NCBI GenBank assembly: GCA_965644295.1
Contig: CBFFRP010000287.1
Span: forward strand, 62,001-126,000
DNA: 64,000 bases
Source: Paraphysomonas bandaiensis
Lineage: Eukaryota; Protista; Chrysophyceae
Direction of reading: 5' to 3'
A program made the position numbers and the translations under genes. Positions 24,201 to 37,775 of the stretch are shown piece by piece. How positions within the stretch are numbered: position 1 is the stretch's first letter; every line of letters begins with the position of its first letter. The notes beneath the pieces were generated by a model. The model saw nothing but the letters and a program-made list of their open reading frames with translations, did not search any database and was not told the DNA's origin.

Positions 24201-26493
24201 CTGATATCCAGCGCGCGTTAGAAAAGAACCAGCTGTCCTTGCTATTGCAGGCTGAGCAGGGCTATACTGAGGTACATTTTTGTCAGTATATTTGTCAGTT
24301 GATTTTATAGTACCATCATATTTATGAGATGTCTTGCATATGTTGCGGGTATTGCGTCGCGGTATCGCAACTGTATTATAGCACTGCACCAGACTTCTGC
24401 GTACATCAAACGAATTAATGCTGCAACACGATTACATATTTTTTGTTGTCGATTGTATGTGTTGTTCACGATTTGTGGTGTGTATGTCTATTAGTCGTTA
24501 CAGCTATGGTTACCAGAGGAGGAGCAAGGGACAGATCGTAGCAATGACTCTTGCGTACCTGATGATGTAAGTGAACTTCAGTATATTTATGGGGTGTCGG
24601 CTTCTGTTTAGAGTCATATGCACAGCTTTTGCAGTACATTATACTTAATTTATACGCCGTGGTATAGTATATAGACAATAGTTCTAAGTTTTTTAATGTT
24701 TGTTCTCATTGCACAATTGCACAGGGTGCTCATGATGTTCCCCTGAGTACGCTGTCATACATTCTTCGACAAGCAACTTCAAACGTTCCAGTATCTTGTG
24801 ATTTTAGTACTATGACGTCAGGATCGAGGAGTGTGGCTGAAATTCATGTGAGTTTACACACGTGTTTGTTATGTATGGCTAATTTTGCTGCGAACTACCT
24901 GAAGGTGATGATATCGACTTTAAGAACATTGGCTTTAACAGGTATTTTAGGCATTGCTCAATTTGTGTAATGTGTGAAACGAAGATTACATGTTCTGATG
25001 GCCTTAGTCTCTATTAGTTTGCATTCCTGGACAATATTTTGTAAAAGTCTCATCGAATATGTTTCTTACTTTAACGTAGGGTGGATTCGACGGTCTGAAC
25101 AACGTATGTCTGCTCTGAGAAGATTGTATCACGACAAAGCAGGTGGTGATACACTCGAGTTGTAAATATATAGCTCTGTCGATTTGGCAGTGCCAGTTAC
25201 TGTGCAGTCTGTATGTTTAGGTGTGCTTGCTATATGTTCTATTTTGGTATACATTTTTATATAAATCACGACGGATAATCGTTCATACCTGTGCGCGCAT
25301 AGCTCGAGCAGTAGAGTGTGAGGACCAGCTAGTGGAAGCGCTGGAGAAAACTCGGAAGTATACGGTACGGTGTGCTCAAATAGACGTGCTGTACTTGTGT
25401 GTTGTCATTTTTTACTGCTGATCGACCTTTGCCGCACTCCTATATATAATTTTAGTACTACATACACCATTCGCAGTCTAATAGCTCATATACTTCAGAG
25501 CCAAATGAATCAACTACAAGGACGAATCAATGAGCTACAAGAAAGCTTATCATATCACCGCGTAGCTGCGGATAGGATAAGGTATAATTACAAGATATGT
25601 AATACCGAAGATGAATGTACATTCTGTCTACCTCAGTACACATCGTAGTGCGGAACAATTAATAAATCGTGTCAGTGTGTGTACTTTGCTGTATGCGTAA
25701 AACAGTGTTGTGTCGAACAGTATATAGCATATTGATATGGCGCTTTATTCGTTAATGTATCATTGACTGTGACTTTCATTTCACTCGTGTATATGAACAC
25801 AACTGCACAGAGCTCTAGAGTGTATGTTGGCATCAGCTGAACAAGAACGATCTGCTGCAGTAGTATCACTTCAAGATGCGGAAAGAAGACTAAAACATAC
25901 TCAGACACTTGCTAGTCAACAATCTGGCAAAAATCAGTCCAAAGGAAGAAATGCTAGTATGATAGACAATCGAGGAGAAGGTGATACGATGAAACTTGTT
26001 GACGATGTTAGCCAAACTACATTGTCAGAGTGGGAGGCATGCTCTTTGGAGAAGGTATTGCGCGAATAGTAGTATGGGAAATGTTGTGGGCTAGTATTGA
26101 TGTTTCGTTGGTCATTTAATTTCCACAGCCTTGACTTATATATTATGTTTGTATTGCTGAAATATTAGTATTTTTGTCGCCCGATATGTATAACACTTCT
26201 ATTAATAGCTAAACAAGGCACAGTTGTCGCTTGAGTCCACCCTCATGAATGTAAAACTCGCGAAAGAGCGTGTGAATGAGCGACGTCAGAAGGAAATAGA
26301 ACAAAAACGTGCCCATGAATCGGAATATTCTCTATGTTGCATTTGCCGAGACAGCCCAAAGACAATTCTGCTTTTGCCATGCAAACATCTCTGTGTGTGT
26401 GAGTCCTGCTCTAAAACGATGGCTAGTCGCAGAGAAGTATCGTGTCCAGTGTGTCGTAGGGGAGTGTCTGACGTCCTACGAGTGTATACGTAG
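21300..26493 (+). CDS. Multi-exon protein with RRM-like domain, coiled coil and C-terminal C3HC4 RING (probable E3 ligase; start and exon structure approximate, may be two genes)
   Basis: CVVVVTGLP and VKGIGFIEM (RNP2/RNP1-like); final exon CCICRDSPKTILLLPCKHLCVCESC..CPVCR. Confidence 0.6.
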
Positions 26494-27041
26494 CAGAGGC
26501 CACTGACGATAATGTCAACAATGACGCTTGTATATCTTCTTTCTATATTTACTACCAAAATGTGTTGTACCCGTAGACTATCATTTTTTCTGTCGCAGTG
26601 TTTGTGTTGATAATAATATGGTTATAATTATTAGTGAGGTCCTGCTCAATGTTTGTTGGCGACACTTGGTGTTTATCATGGTAATATTGTAGATTAAATT
26701 AGTGGTGAAGTGCATCACAAAAACACAGCGAAAATAATAAAATCTAGAAGCTACTTTCTTTTTTGTAAATCCATCTTAAGCAGCTATGTGGGTAAATACC
26801 AAATACTTTTTGAGCCTAGTACCCGTGAAAACAGACATACATTGAAATATGACATTAATTTTATAAAAAAGTACCTCGCCCGAATAACATAACAAATAAT
26901 CCTATTGATTACAAGACGGGATGATGAATGTAGTAGAATGTATCTTAATTACATTTAACACAAAATGATAGATTTCATACACTTATAGAGATATAATAAA
27001 GGTGTGTGCTTTGCAATATACCACTAATTAATCAAGACTCG

Positions 27042-27822
27042 CCCTCAACAAAGTCGGTGTTATGGGGTATAAGTACCGGAGATATTTCTCTGGGAAACTA
27101 ACGTGAGCCGCATATATAATCAGCAGATAACATTCTGCCCACACTCAAAGCCAAATGCTTGTGTGGTACAAGGGACACTAAAATTAGTCTCACTTGTGTA
27201 GACGTGTTTGGGCCTTGACGAATAAACAGGCATCATGATGGACGGGGCCCATCTCAAGGGCATCCGGGATATTGGGCTGCCTACTGAAGTCAAGCATCCG
27301 GGGTGTTCACCTTAAGGACAGAGAGCGCCTTGGTGCTTGCGGTGACGCACAATCAGCTTTCGTGGCACCAAAGAGTAGGATATCAAAGTTAAGCACTAGT
27401 CAGTTAAATTGTTTTGCAACATTTTTTCTGTCTCTTACACGCCTATTGCTAATAAAAGGACATTCACTTCTGTCTTTAGGCCCTGATGAATAAAGAAGCA
27501 TCCGGGAATGGGTCCACCTCCCACCTCTAGGGTTAACGGGGTATTGATCTGCCTACTAAAGTCAAGCATCCAGGCTGTTAACCTTAAGGACTCAAAAATC
27601 CTGAAGTCAGCAGATGTCAGGTGTATCAACATTCTGCTTTCTCACTGCGTTTGCCGAGTGCTAGAACGAAAGTGAATACGCCTTGGTCATTGCGGTGAAG
27701 CACAAGCAGCTTTCGTAGTTATATATAGTAGGGTGTCAGAGTTAAACACTAGTTAGTTCAATTGTTTTGCAAAATCAGCTCTGACTCTTACACGCCTATT
27801 GCTAGTAATAAGGCATTCACTA
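27042..27822 (+). mobile_element. Ribozyme-headed SINE-like element, copy D, with tandemly duplicated 3' half
   Basis: Head gccctcaacaaagtcgg with P2/P3 partly deleted. The 3' end cacgcctattgcta occurs twice (~27440, ~27795). Degenerate TSD actaatta..gac[t/a]cgc. Confidence 0.8.
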
Positions 27823-28122
27823 CTAATTACGACACGCATTAAAAAACACAACACAGTAATAAATAGAGTCGAATAAAATAAGCACCTACTTGGAAGAATG
27901 GCCGAGTTTGATAATACACTTCGACTGAAAAGTGTGAAATAGCTACTCTGGGTGAACGTACCTTAAAGAATACAACAAAGATTTAAATTTGGATCTTCAC
28001 GAATGTTGATGTTGCATGTTCCAAGGATAAAGAAGGTATTACGGTGGCCCTGGATAAATAACTACCAACATACGTAAAACGTTTACTACGGCGGCATTTC
28101 AGTAATTATTACTACACACAAA

Positions 28123-31100
28123 CTAGCTAGATAGTGCAATATGTACGGACGAGCCAACATGCACTGCTTCTTCAGGCTTCCCGTCCATCACATCAAATCG
28201 AACTTTGCACTTTCCCATTTTGGCAAAAGGCCCTGTTAACTCACCGCTTAATGAATGTGATTTAATCGTAGTAATAGTGGCTACTGAGCCTACATACTGT
28301 CTAATGTTTTCCTCTATGGAGAACGCACCATGAACAATAGCAACCACACTTTGAGAATCCGGAACGACTTTGAGACTTTCAATGGTGCCAATTCGTGTTG
28401 TGCTGAGAGTTATCGACGAGTGCCCCTGTTCTTGTCTGTGGCCAATTGTCTGGGGGTCTATAATATTCGACTTCGTGTATTTCAGCAGAGGGGGAACAAT
28501 AGTTGTTGTCGGGGAAGTCTTATCAGGTCCAGGGCCTGTGTGGTTTTTCAGTGCAAATTTTGCAGCCAATTGAGCTGCTACAAATGCTTCACTTGCACTT
28601 TGTATTGAGGTTTTACTTTGAGGTAATTTGGGAGGTTGGGATTCCTGCTCGACTTTAGAACGATCATTGGACGTGGATGCCAGTTTCGCGTAAGAGAGTG
28701 TTGTCGATGAGCCAGACGTGACGGGTGCTGGGCGGGATGCCACCCTAACACTTAATCCTGGAGCTCTGAACTGTTGCCTTTCACGCGCTGGTGCTTTCTC
28801 TATGCCAGTGCTCGTGCTCGATTTCGCAGGGGCTGTTTGATGCACTTTGTTCCCTCTGGTTACCAACGACAATGTGGACATCTGGCTAACTTTATCACTG
28901 GTGGACTTCTTTACGCCTACTGTACTCAAATCTAGTGGGGAATACTTTTTCGAAGCTTGGGGTTCTGTAAATCAGAGAACATAGTAGTTACATGCATAAG
29001 TTAATGCAGTGTAAATATCTCTCTGTATAGACGATCCATACATATAAAACTCAAGGTATTCATAAAAATAGACCAACATTGCACTACAATGTACAGTCCA
29101 TAGGAAAATATACCTGGCTTCGTTGACAAACTCTCGGATTTGGATGACCGGGAGGAATCCCCTCCTATCGAATCAACTGGTGACAACTTCCCACCAGGAC
29201 TATTTGTAGATGGCGGAGTGTCATTCCTGCGGGTAGTATTCGTAGGTGCATGGGTATCTTTCCCACTTGAACTATTCCTAACTGGCAGAGTATACATTTC
29301 ATCTGGCTGACTACTGCGACTGCACTGCCCGCCCTCTACCTCTTCCTCGTCCATAGTAGCCTGTTTCATTGCATCCAAAACGTACTGCACATTATCAGGT
29401 TTTTTGCTCTCTTCGTTACTTCCCGTGGATTTGTCAGAAACACAAGCTTGTTTACTCTGGTCACTATTTAATGAAGCGCCAGATCGAGAACTAACACTAG
29501 ACGTGGCTGTCATTTTCTCATTGGTTTTAGTCGGTGTCATTGAGTCACAGTTTTTGATATCACTTTCAAACTCGATACCACGTTGACTCATGCCTTTTTC
29601 CTTGTCGAACACATACCTTTTGAACTTCAAAACAAGCCTGCTTCCTGCAGTCAAATCCTTTACGCCTTGAGGAAAACGAATCTTAAACTTGTCGCTGGAA
29701 CCAAAAGAACTGTGAATTGCTCCTACAACTTTTCCTTCTTTCGTTTGTAGTTTCAGGCCCAAGAAGTTTTTAATGCCAGCAAACTTGCTATATAACTTCC
29801 ACCCGACTGCCTCATACGTCATATTATCCTCTCTGACATCAATACATCGCTGAATTTCACATTCCTTAGACTTCCACTTATATAGCCTCAATCGTTCAAG
29901 GGCAGTGGATGGCTGCAATGCTGCCTTAAGCGGGCCATAAAACGCCAGTCTACAGGTCGTAGATCCTCCAGCAAACGCATCCTTCGGATCGACCTCAAGC
30001 CTTGACGCAATGACTAGGGAGCCGAGGGGGCAATAAACTGGTGTCTGAAACTGAAGCAGCATCCACTGAAGTGGTTCTTGTCCATAGGATACAGTGTTAC
30101 CAACAGTTCTTGCACCTAATTGTAAATCGCAGTCAGTGTGCATAACAAATGCAGTAGGCTTATGTGCCAAAGACGCAGAGCACGATATTTATGCGCTCGG
30201 AAACGTAATTTTTTGTTGACATGTAGTAAAGTGCATATATGGATTGTTACCTCCTAAAAGTTCATCTTGGTACTCATAATCCGCATCCCAGTCAAATTGA
30301 ATGTCAGGAAAGTTTGAGTTAAAGGAGGAGTTAAGCGTAGATTGACCTGAATAGCACAGTCACAACAGTCAAAATGTAGCAGATGCAGTGGCATAGTAGG
30401 ATAATCAGAGCTGTAAACTATTAGCGATATATACGCTGGATATTAGGTTTGCTGTGTAATACATACTGCGACAGCAACAAAACTAACAACTAAGACTCGC
30501 CGCAGAACATAAGTTGAAAAGTGAATGAAATGTTCTCCGTGAGATGAATACTTTGATACTTGCCTGTACTACCAAGAACGTGACTGCCGTCCCCGAGATC
30601 CGCCTTCCGCTTCTCCAGCTCAGCTTCAAGTTCTTGGGCCCCAAAAAACAGAGCCGTAGCAGTAACAGTCGCATGTCCAATGCTCACATGGAACTTAGAA
30701 TTGCTCTTACAGTTCTGTTTGAAGAATCTCACTTTGCGTACCAAACATATTACCGTTGACAATAGTGTCACGGAATTAGGAGTAACTGCTATCCCACGCT
30801 CAATCAATTTCGGATCTAGGTTCGTGACACACAAACCCACACGATCACCTTGTTTAGCAGACTTCACTGACTTATGAAACATCTGCATACTCTTCACCTT
30901 CGCCACAAATAAACAAAAGCTGATATGAATAGGCATACAGTACCTTTCTAGTAACCTGTAAATCAGGCAGCTCAATAGTGGTATTGACTTGTACCGACCC
31001 ACTCAGCACAGTTCCTGAATAATACGAAGAGCATTGTTGTCATCCATAATCGAAATGTGGATAGTATACAACTAATCTGTACCTGTAACAACTGTCCCAT

Positions 31101-32135
31101 GTCCCTTGATAGCAAAGCAGTGGTCGATGGCATAATAAAACGGGCCATCAAAATTTCTATGAGGAAGAGAAATAGAGTTCCTAATAGCCTCCAATAGATT
31201 GGGAATACCCATAGTGGCCATTGCCGTCGTGGTTTCAGAATTACCTCGCTTGGAACCTAAGGGCGTCCAATTAGTCATAGTTTGCTCTTTTTCACACAAA
31301 GTAGTACACTCATACTAGCTCGATATGCAAATACTTATACGACAGTCTTAAATACATACTTTTCGCAGAAGCCGTCATGGCGCCAACACTGGCCACTTTT
31401 TCTCCTCCAATAGCAGCCGATGTAAGTATAATCTCGACATCCGAAAATTTTGTGGTTGAAAACACTTTGCGTATTTTCTTTATCATTTTATCAATCTGGC
31501 TCTCTTTGTCTTGCTCAGGAATCATATCTACCTTATTCAGTACGACAATCATCTTATCGGTGGTAATCTCCCCAATCACAATACACTCCGCAGTCTGGGT
31601 TTGTATACCTGAGATATTTAAAAAAGTCATTCATCACCGTAAACTTGTAGGTATCGCCATGATATTAACCACGCTTCGTTGTAGATGTATACCTTTGTTA
31701 ATATCGATTACCAAGACAATCATGTCTATGATTTGCGCACCCCCAATAATTGTCCGAATAAGAGAAGCGTGACCGGGACAATCCACTAAAGTGAACTGCA
31801 GTGCATCATATTGGTCCCCAACTTCGTTGGCGATATGCTCAGGGAGATCCATTGCAAACGACGAAAACCCTGTGGAGTGTATTAGGATATATACAAGATA
31901 ATACATTAAGCAACACATACACTCCGCATTAAATCAAGTCGCTGAAGCTACGAGTCATGCGCAATATACACATACCAAGATCTAAAGTAATGCCACGCCT
32001 CTGAGACTGGGGATTCTTATCTAATGCAGCTGTTGACAACGAAGTGCTCAAAGCCTTTACAAGGGATGTTTTTCCACTATCCACATGACCCAACACACCA
32101 ACATTTATGTTCAGTAATCGAGTGTTCCCCTCCAT
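28123..32135 (-). CDS. EEFSEC: Selenocysteine-specific elongation factor eEFSec/SelB with long C-terminal extension, spliced
   Basis: NINVGVLGHVDSGKTSL, DKNPQSQRRGITLDLG, LVDCPGHASLIRTIIGGAQIID, NKVD, IDHCFAIKGHGTVVTGT, SMQMF..QGDRVG, CRLAFYG and FKRYVFD. Confidence 0.93.
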
Positions 32136-33169
32136 ACTCTTATCTTAATTACTACGACTGAATAAAGCGATTGGAGACTGTATAATAGCAAACTAATATG
32201 ATGCGGTGTGATCTGCCTCAAGACAGACTGTTCTATCACTGTAACTATGCATACAACCGCGTATAATCACGTGTTGGGAGATATATACACGAACATGAGC
32301 GAGTGTGTTCTCCACTCTGCACTCTACATAACAAGGTCTAGATGTTCATATATACAGCAGTATACAGCAGTCCTTTGGCACTCCCAGTATTCCATGGTAT
32401 TCCGCGGTATTATCTATATACAGCTCCACAGAGTCTGTATGCGTATCTCTCCGTATATTCACATTCACGTACTTCGAAGTGGCAGCGGTATGTGTTCACA
32501 ATAGGCAGGTATGTAGATACTGCTGTATGCAATGGATACACAGTATCTTTGGCGAGATAATTCGAGTGGACAGTGAGATAGTTTTAGTATGAATAGTACA
32601 CTTCGAACTTATTGATGTCTATACTACTTTTCGACATGAAGATATTTGTTGCATTGCGGGTGCTGCAACACATCTATACGAACACACAAGAGAGGTCACA
32701 ACAATTGAATTGAATTCTTCAGAAGCTCTGGAGATATTTCACAGTGTTAAAATTGAAATTATGGAATTAAGTTGTCATGCAGATTTAGATGACTTGAAAA
32801 CGCCGAAATTTACACTATTCGCAGGCTTTAGAATGTGAAACTTTCTCTTTTCTACATAATAGCACTAACTAGTGTGCGCGTATTACCATCTATTAGAATT
32901 TTAATACTTATTTTAAGTGCAATTAAATGACTATTGTAGTATTTACACATTGCTTGCTGAGTATTTTTTAACTATTATCTCCAATGCAAGGATTACGACC
33001 TTGCTACCTAAAATTCTAAGACTTCAAGGAATAATACGCAATATATTAGGTATCAATATACTCAACACCAAGTGGAAGAAATATGCGAAGTTTATTTCTG
33101 ATAAATTTTCTATTTGCGTGTGTAAGGGCAGCTTAGTGATAGTTACACAGTTTCGAATAGGGGAATTGG

Positions 33170-34288
33170 CAGGGCTAGGAAACAATATATTGCAATACTA
33201 TTGATATATAGCGTTCCAACAATACTATTGATGGAGATTTTAAACAGGCTCAACAATACAATTACAATATATTGCAATATATTAGTATGACTAATCAGTA
33301 AGTAAACACATCCGTAGATTCCTTTTTTAGTATTAGTCATTAAGATCATATGGCAACCAAACCCACAACTGCTTATAGCTACTAAAAATCCACCTCGTTC
33401 TCATCCTCTGAGCCATCATCGCTGACGTCAACATCACCATATTCATTCTTAGGCTGCTTAAACTTCCCCATGAGTAGGTCTACGTGCCGAATGAGAGGTC
33501 TAATGCCTTGGTCAGGTCTTGTCACAACTCCTTCCTTATTTCGCTTCTCTTTGCTCCCGAGGAGTTCATTGACCGCAAGGTTAAGTCGATGAAATGACAT
33601 CCAACTAGGGGCACACCTATACACTATTGAAAAGTTATAACAGACGACGATTTTACTCAAACAAAGGTATTACCGGAATCGTTTGCCAGCTTTCTGTTTG
33701 TAGCGCAGTTGTCCCCAATGCAAAACTCAACAATAATGCAAACATTATCAGCAATAATCACTCTACCCACTCTCAAAAATGTTTTTGCTTTGCCCGAAGG
33801 TTGGAAAACAAAAGCATCCATGGGACCATTGGTGCAGACAACCCGTAAATACTTCTTCATGGAATCTTCCCACTCACCATCATACATGTGACAATGTGTG
33901 GTTCTTCAAGTTGTTGTAGCCATTCGATATCTTCTGCACTCGTATGCGCCCACAGACTTTTCATTCGTGCTTGTTTGGTTCACCTTCAACCGAACTCCAA
34001 AAACAGCGGTAAATATCTCTACTTTTGTATGCATTCATTGCTCAGATGTCTCTTCTTATCACTATAGGATATATATACTATATTAAGAGAATTACTGTAC
34101 ATACATGTAGAGATGTGTAGAGTATTGTTTGAGCTGGCGATACATAAAACTATCATAATATTGATTGCAATATATTGCAATATATTGTGAGCCACTTTAA
34201 CAGAAACAATATTGATGGAAATTTTGGCCGGTCGACCAATCAATATATTGTACAATGTATTGCAATTCAATATATTGTTTCCTAGCCC
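33170..34288 (-). mobile_element. Internally deleted hAT element related to 10594-11398
   Basis: TIR cagggctaggaaacaatatattg at 33170; the other TIR lacks its last 2 nt. Transposase remnants IGDNCATNRKLA and FHRLNLAVNELLG, and the same C-terminal EYGDVDV.DDGSEDE.EVDF* as the 10594 element. Confidence 0.85.
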
Positions 34289-34563
34289 ACAATAAATAAA
34301 AAATACATTATTAGCACCACCATGCAACGACGAAATATTAGCAAAATTAAACATTTTTCTTCCATTTCCCTCTGGGAATTAGTATTAGAAAGAATTGGAT
34401 GTCTTCCACGCGGGGGTAAGTATCACCTTTCCAAATAATATAGTATATAGGTATATAGCATAGAGCTGTTGTGGAATAGAGGGAAATGGAAGTAAAATGT
34501 TTAATTTTGCTAATATTTCGTCGTTGCATGGTGGTGCTAATAATGTATTTCTTATTTATTGTG
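34288..34563. mobile_element. MITE / foldback element with 86-bp terminal inverted repeats
   Basis: 34288-34373 is the reverse complement of 34478-34563 (2 mismatches); termini CAC...GTG; no TSD seen. Confidence 0.8.
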
Positions 34564-34801
34564 CGCTCGAATGTAATCACACGAGTTGAATGTTTCCAGC
34601 TTGTCACAAAAAGTATAATACGTGGTACATAGTGACTTGTCCACCAAAGAGTATCACATTATCAATAACTTTAAATTACACCATTTATAGGCAACTTTCT
34701 CATTTGCCAATATATTTTAAAAACACATTGCTGAGAATTGCATATATGGTATTCTTTCCGCACCAAGAAAACTGCAAGTGTTATCCACTTCCAATGTTTA
34801 A

Positions 34802-36929
34802 CTAGACACCATTCCACAAGTCTTGGAGAGAATACTTGAGGTAGGGGCGGTTATAAGCTTTCCACTGGCTGGTATCCCCGCCTTCCGGCCCATATTCACC
34901 AGCCGCATTTATTCTGCCAATGCTGAATATCATGGACGGGGTCGATCCAAAGTCGTATCTGCATTACAGATAAACAGATCAGCATTGTAATAGGCACCAA
35001 ACAATTGAAACTAGTACAAGACATACTGTCAATTCAAGTAAGAGCCACGCAAAATAACTACGACAACAAGTGGTACGACAAGAGCACGATTCGACAGGGA
35101 CTCACACAGCAATATGTAGATCTCCAGTGCGATGGTACTGAACAACTACAGGAACAGATTCTAGAGTAATGTTCCCATAGTGATCACCCAGCACTTGGGG
35201 TAAAGACGGGTCATCAGAAGGTTGCGCATGCTTGTCGACATACACCAGGTTCTCGTAGTATGGTTGGTTGGTCATTGAAGGCATTGTTTTATCGTTATAC
35301 GGTACAGCCGAGGCCTGCGAAAGATTATACACGAATTCAAGTGAGCATGTCGTATGGCTATCAGTCATATACAACTTTTATATATACCCCATTATAAGAC
35401 CACAAAATTTTTACAATCCAAGTATTGACGTACACCTAGAAGTGCTGATTGTGTAGGTATGACATCAACGAATTACCTGCTGGTAACCCACAATATCCAT
35501 GGCCTGTGAAGAATAATCTCCAACACCAACCCATATTCCCCATGTCCTAGGGACACTTTGCATGTAGGTCTCAGCTGCAGTTCTTGAGTCGCTGGACTCA
35601 AGTATATCTCGGAGGACAAATACATCAGGTTCGCCAGTGTAACTTCCAGAAGGGTCACTTCCTTCGGAGTTGTACCACACCTACATTGTCATAACTAATA
35701 TGAGACTAGATATACTATACACGATGGTTAGAGCCTATGGGACACACATTCCATAACTCCAATTACTACACATGCAATAAGTGAACTGAAAATACTTCTG
35801 CACCTTCTCTGATACACCGACTCCTTTTTCTGAAACACCAGTAATAACCCCTGCAAATCCTGGGAAGGTCAAGGAAGTGAATGCTTGAGCAGTAGACTCA
35901 GGATTGCGGTATGTCGCTAAAACAGTGTAGTTAGCGAACGGACCTCCGCCGAAGTCCAGAGCGCGCAACTGTGTAACACCAATATGTTACATTGTTTAAA
36001 CGACGTAATGCGAAATAGCCTATTCGACCGACCTCCAACATACCATAAATAGACAAATACATTTTTGAAAGTGAATATTTTGGTATAACTTCACTGCTAA
36101 AGTACCTGGATGAGAGTGCCTGTGGGGGTGGCCTTTCCCCATGCACCCATAGCGGTACATGCCATACGAATAAGCTCTGGAAACATGTTAACGCGCTTCA
36201 CATGGGCTGCAACCTCAGTAGCGTTGCACTTGGCGCCTAGGGATGCACACACTCCATCGCCAATTGCATCCATCTCCTCAATCAAGTAGCTGCAACACAA
36301 TTAATATTAATCACTATCGCACGGCGTTACATAGAGGTTGGATGAGAAGTGGTCAGAAATACACATACAGTTGTGAAATCTATGTCGCTCTGATACCATG
36401 GCGTGCCCAATGAAATCCTACCTGGGAATATATTGGAGTTCACTCTGGTACACCCACTCCAGAGCAGCGTCCAGAGTAGCAGGCAATCCTGCAGCAATCT
36501 TAATCTGAACTGCATGCAGGATCTCCCGAAGTGGCTCGGGTACTTCGCTCAGATCGATACCCATTACTGCATCAATGCAGTACTTATTGAGTGCAAATTC
36601 TGCAAATTGTATGATCTCTTTCGCCAAGAGGTAGCCATGAGCATATCCTCTCTCATAAGTGCTGCCCACAAGATCAAGTCTGTATATTCCCACGTTGTCC
36701 TCCGATCCATCCGCAGAGTTTACGAATGGCACATTTACAATAGCAAGTTTACTCTTTTCCACTGATTTTGTCCATTGCTGTATATAAAATAATATCAGAT
36801 GTAACAATATATAGTCGCCATTGGACGTACTGTGTAAGGCTGAGGATCAAATGTTGGAGGGGGGATATCATAGGCGGTCTGTCCAGCAACAGAAGCTGCC
36901 AAGAATACAATACCAATAAGACCAATCAT
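34802..36929 (-). CDS. Secreted acid-ceramidase/peptidase C45-like Ntn hydrolase (Dictyostelium dcd1-like), spliced
   Basis: Signal peptide MIGLIGIVFLAASVAG; GSTYERGYAHGYLL; NMFPELIRMACTAMGAWG..RALDFGGGPF..FPGFAGVITG. Confidence 0.8.
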
Positions 36930-37312
36930 TGTAAACCACCTTCTTGTGTAACAATAATTAGGAATAATGGTGAATAATGGTGACATGGTGTGGGAGAGTA
37001 CTCTATACTGCTGTATACTATACATATACTGTAGCATTGGACCACACTTGTTGACCAGTTTCTCTTGGGATGGTATACAGTGTACTACATATGTATGCGC
37101 AGAATACGTAGCGGTGTAGAGCTGTGATGATTGTACGTATGCGGTATGCCATACACTCCACTGCTGTGATATGAGTGCAAACCATGAAAAAATACTCTGC
37201 TGAAGTGTGAGTGATGGCTGTATATGTATGTCTATATGTTACATGTACATGTGCGGCATAGAGTTATTTGTTTGTGCTAATTCCATAATTTGCTCCAGAA
37301 TTTATTTCTCTT

Positions 37313-37775
37313 ATGGCATTTGTTGCGTCTAGACGACTGCCGGCAAGCTTCACTCATGCTTCCCAGATAGTTCGCTTCGCCACGAAGTTAGCCGGAGGTA
37401 AATATAAATAGAAACCACCGTGTGCCTTATTAACTTTATGTATAGGTACCACCAATAATGGCAGAGACTCCGTTGGGAAGCGGTTGGGAGTTAAAAAACT
37501 TGGAGGGTATGATTATGATATACGATTATCGCAAAATTAATAACCCCATTGCTTGCAGTCATGAAGTGATAGCTGGGAATATTATTGTAAGACAAAGGGG
37601 GAGGAAGTATCATCCAGGGAAAAACTGTGGCATTGGTAGAGATTATACTTTGTATGCATTAACAGATGGGTGGGTGAAGTTTATATATGACCCAAAGATT
37701 CGCCGCCAAACCGTCCATGTGACCGATGTCAATCCTCACAACCATCCGAAAAAAGTTGAAGTTGTAAGTGAATGA
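37313..37775 (+). CDS. MRPL27: Mitochondrial ribosomal protein bL27, two introns
   Basis: Presequence followed by ATKLAGG|[19 protein letters not shown]|[31 protein letters not shown]. Confidence 0.9.

Noticed and set aside
17708-32135. Selenocysteine gene cluster (tRNAs near eEFSec)
   Set aside because: The anticodon is AAT (Ile), not TCA, and no in-frame UGA selenoprotein or SECIS was identified.
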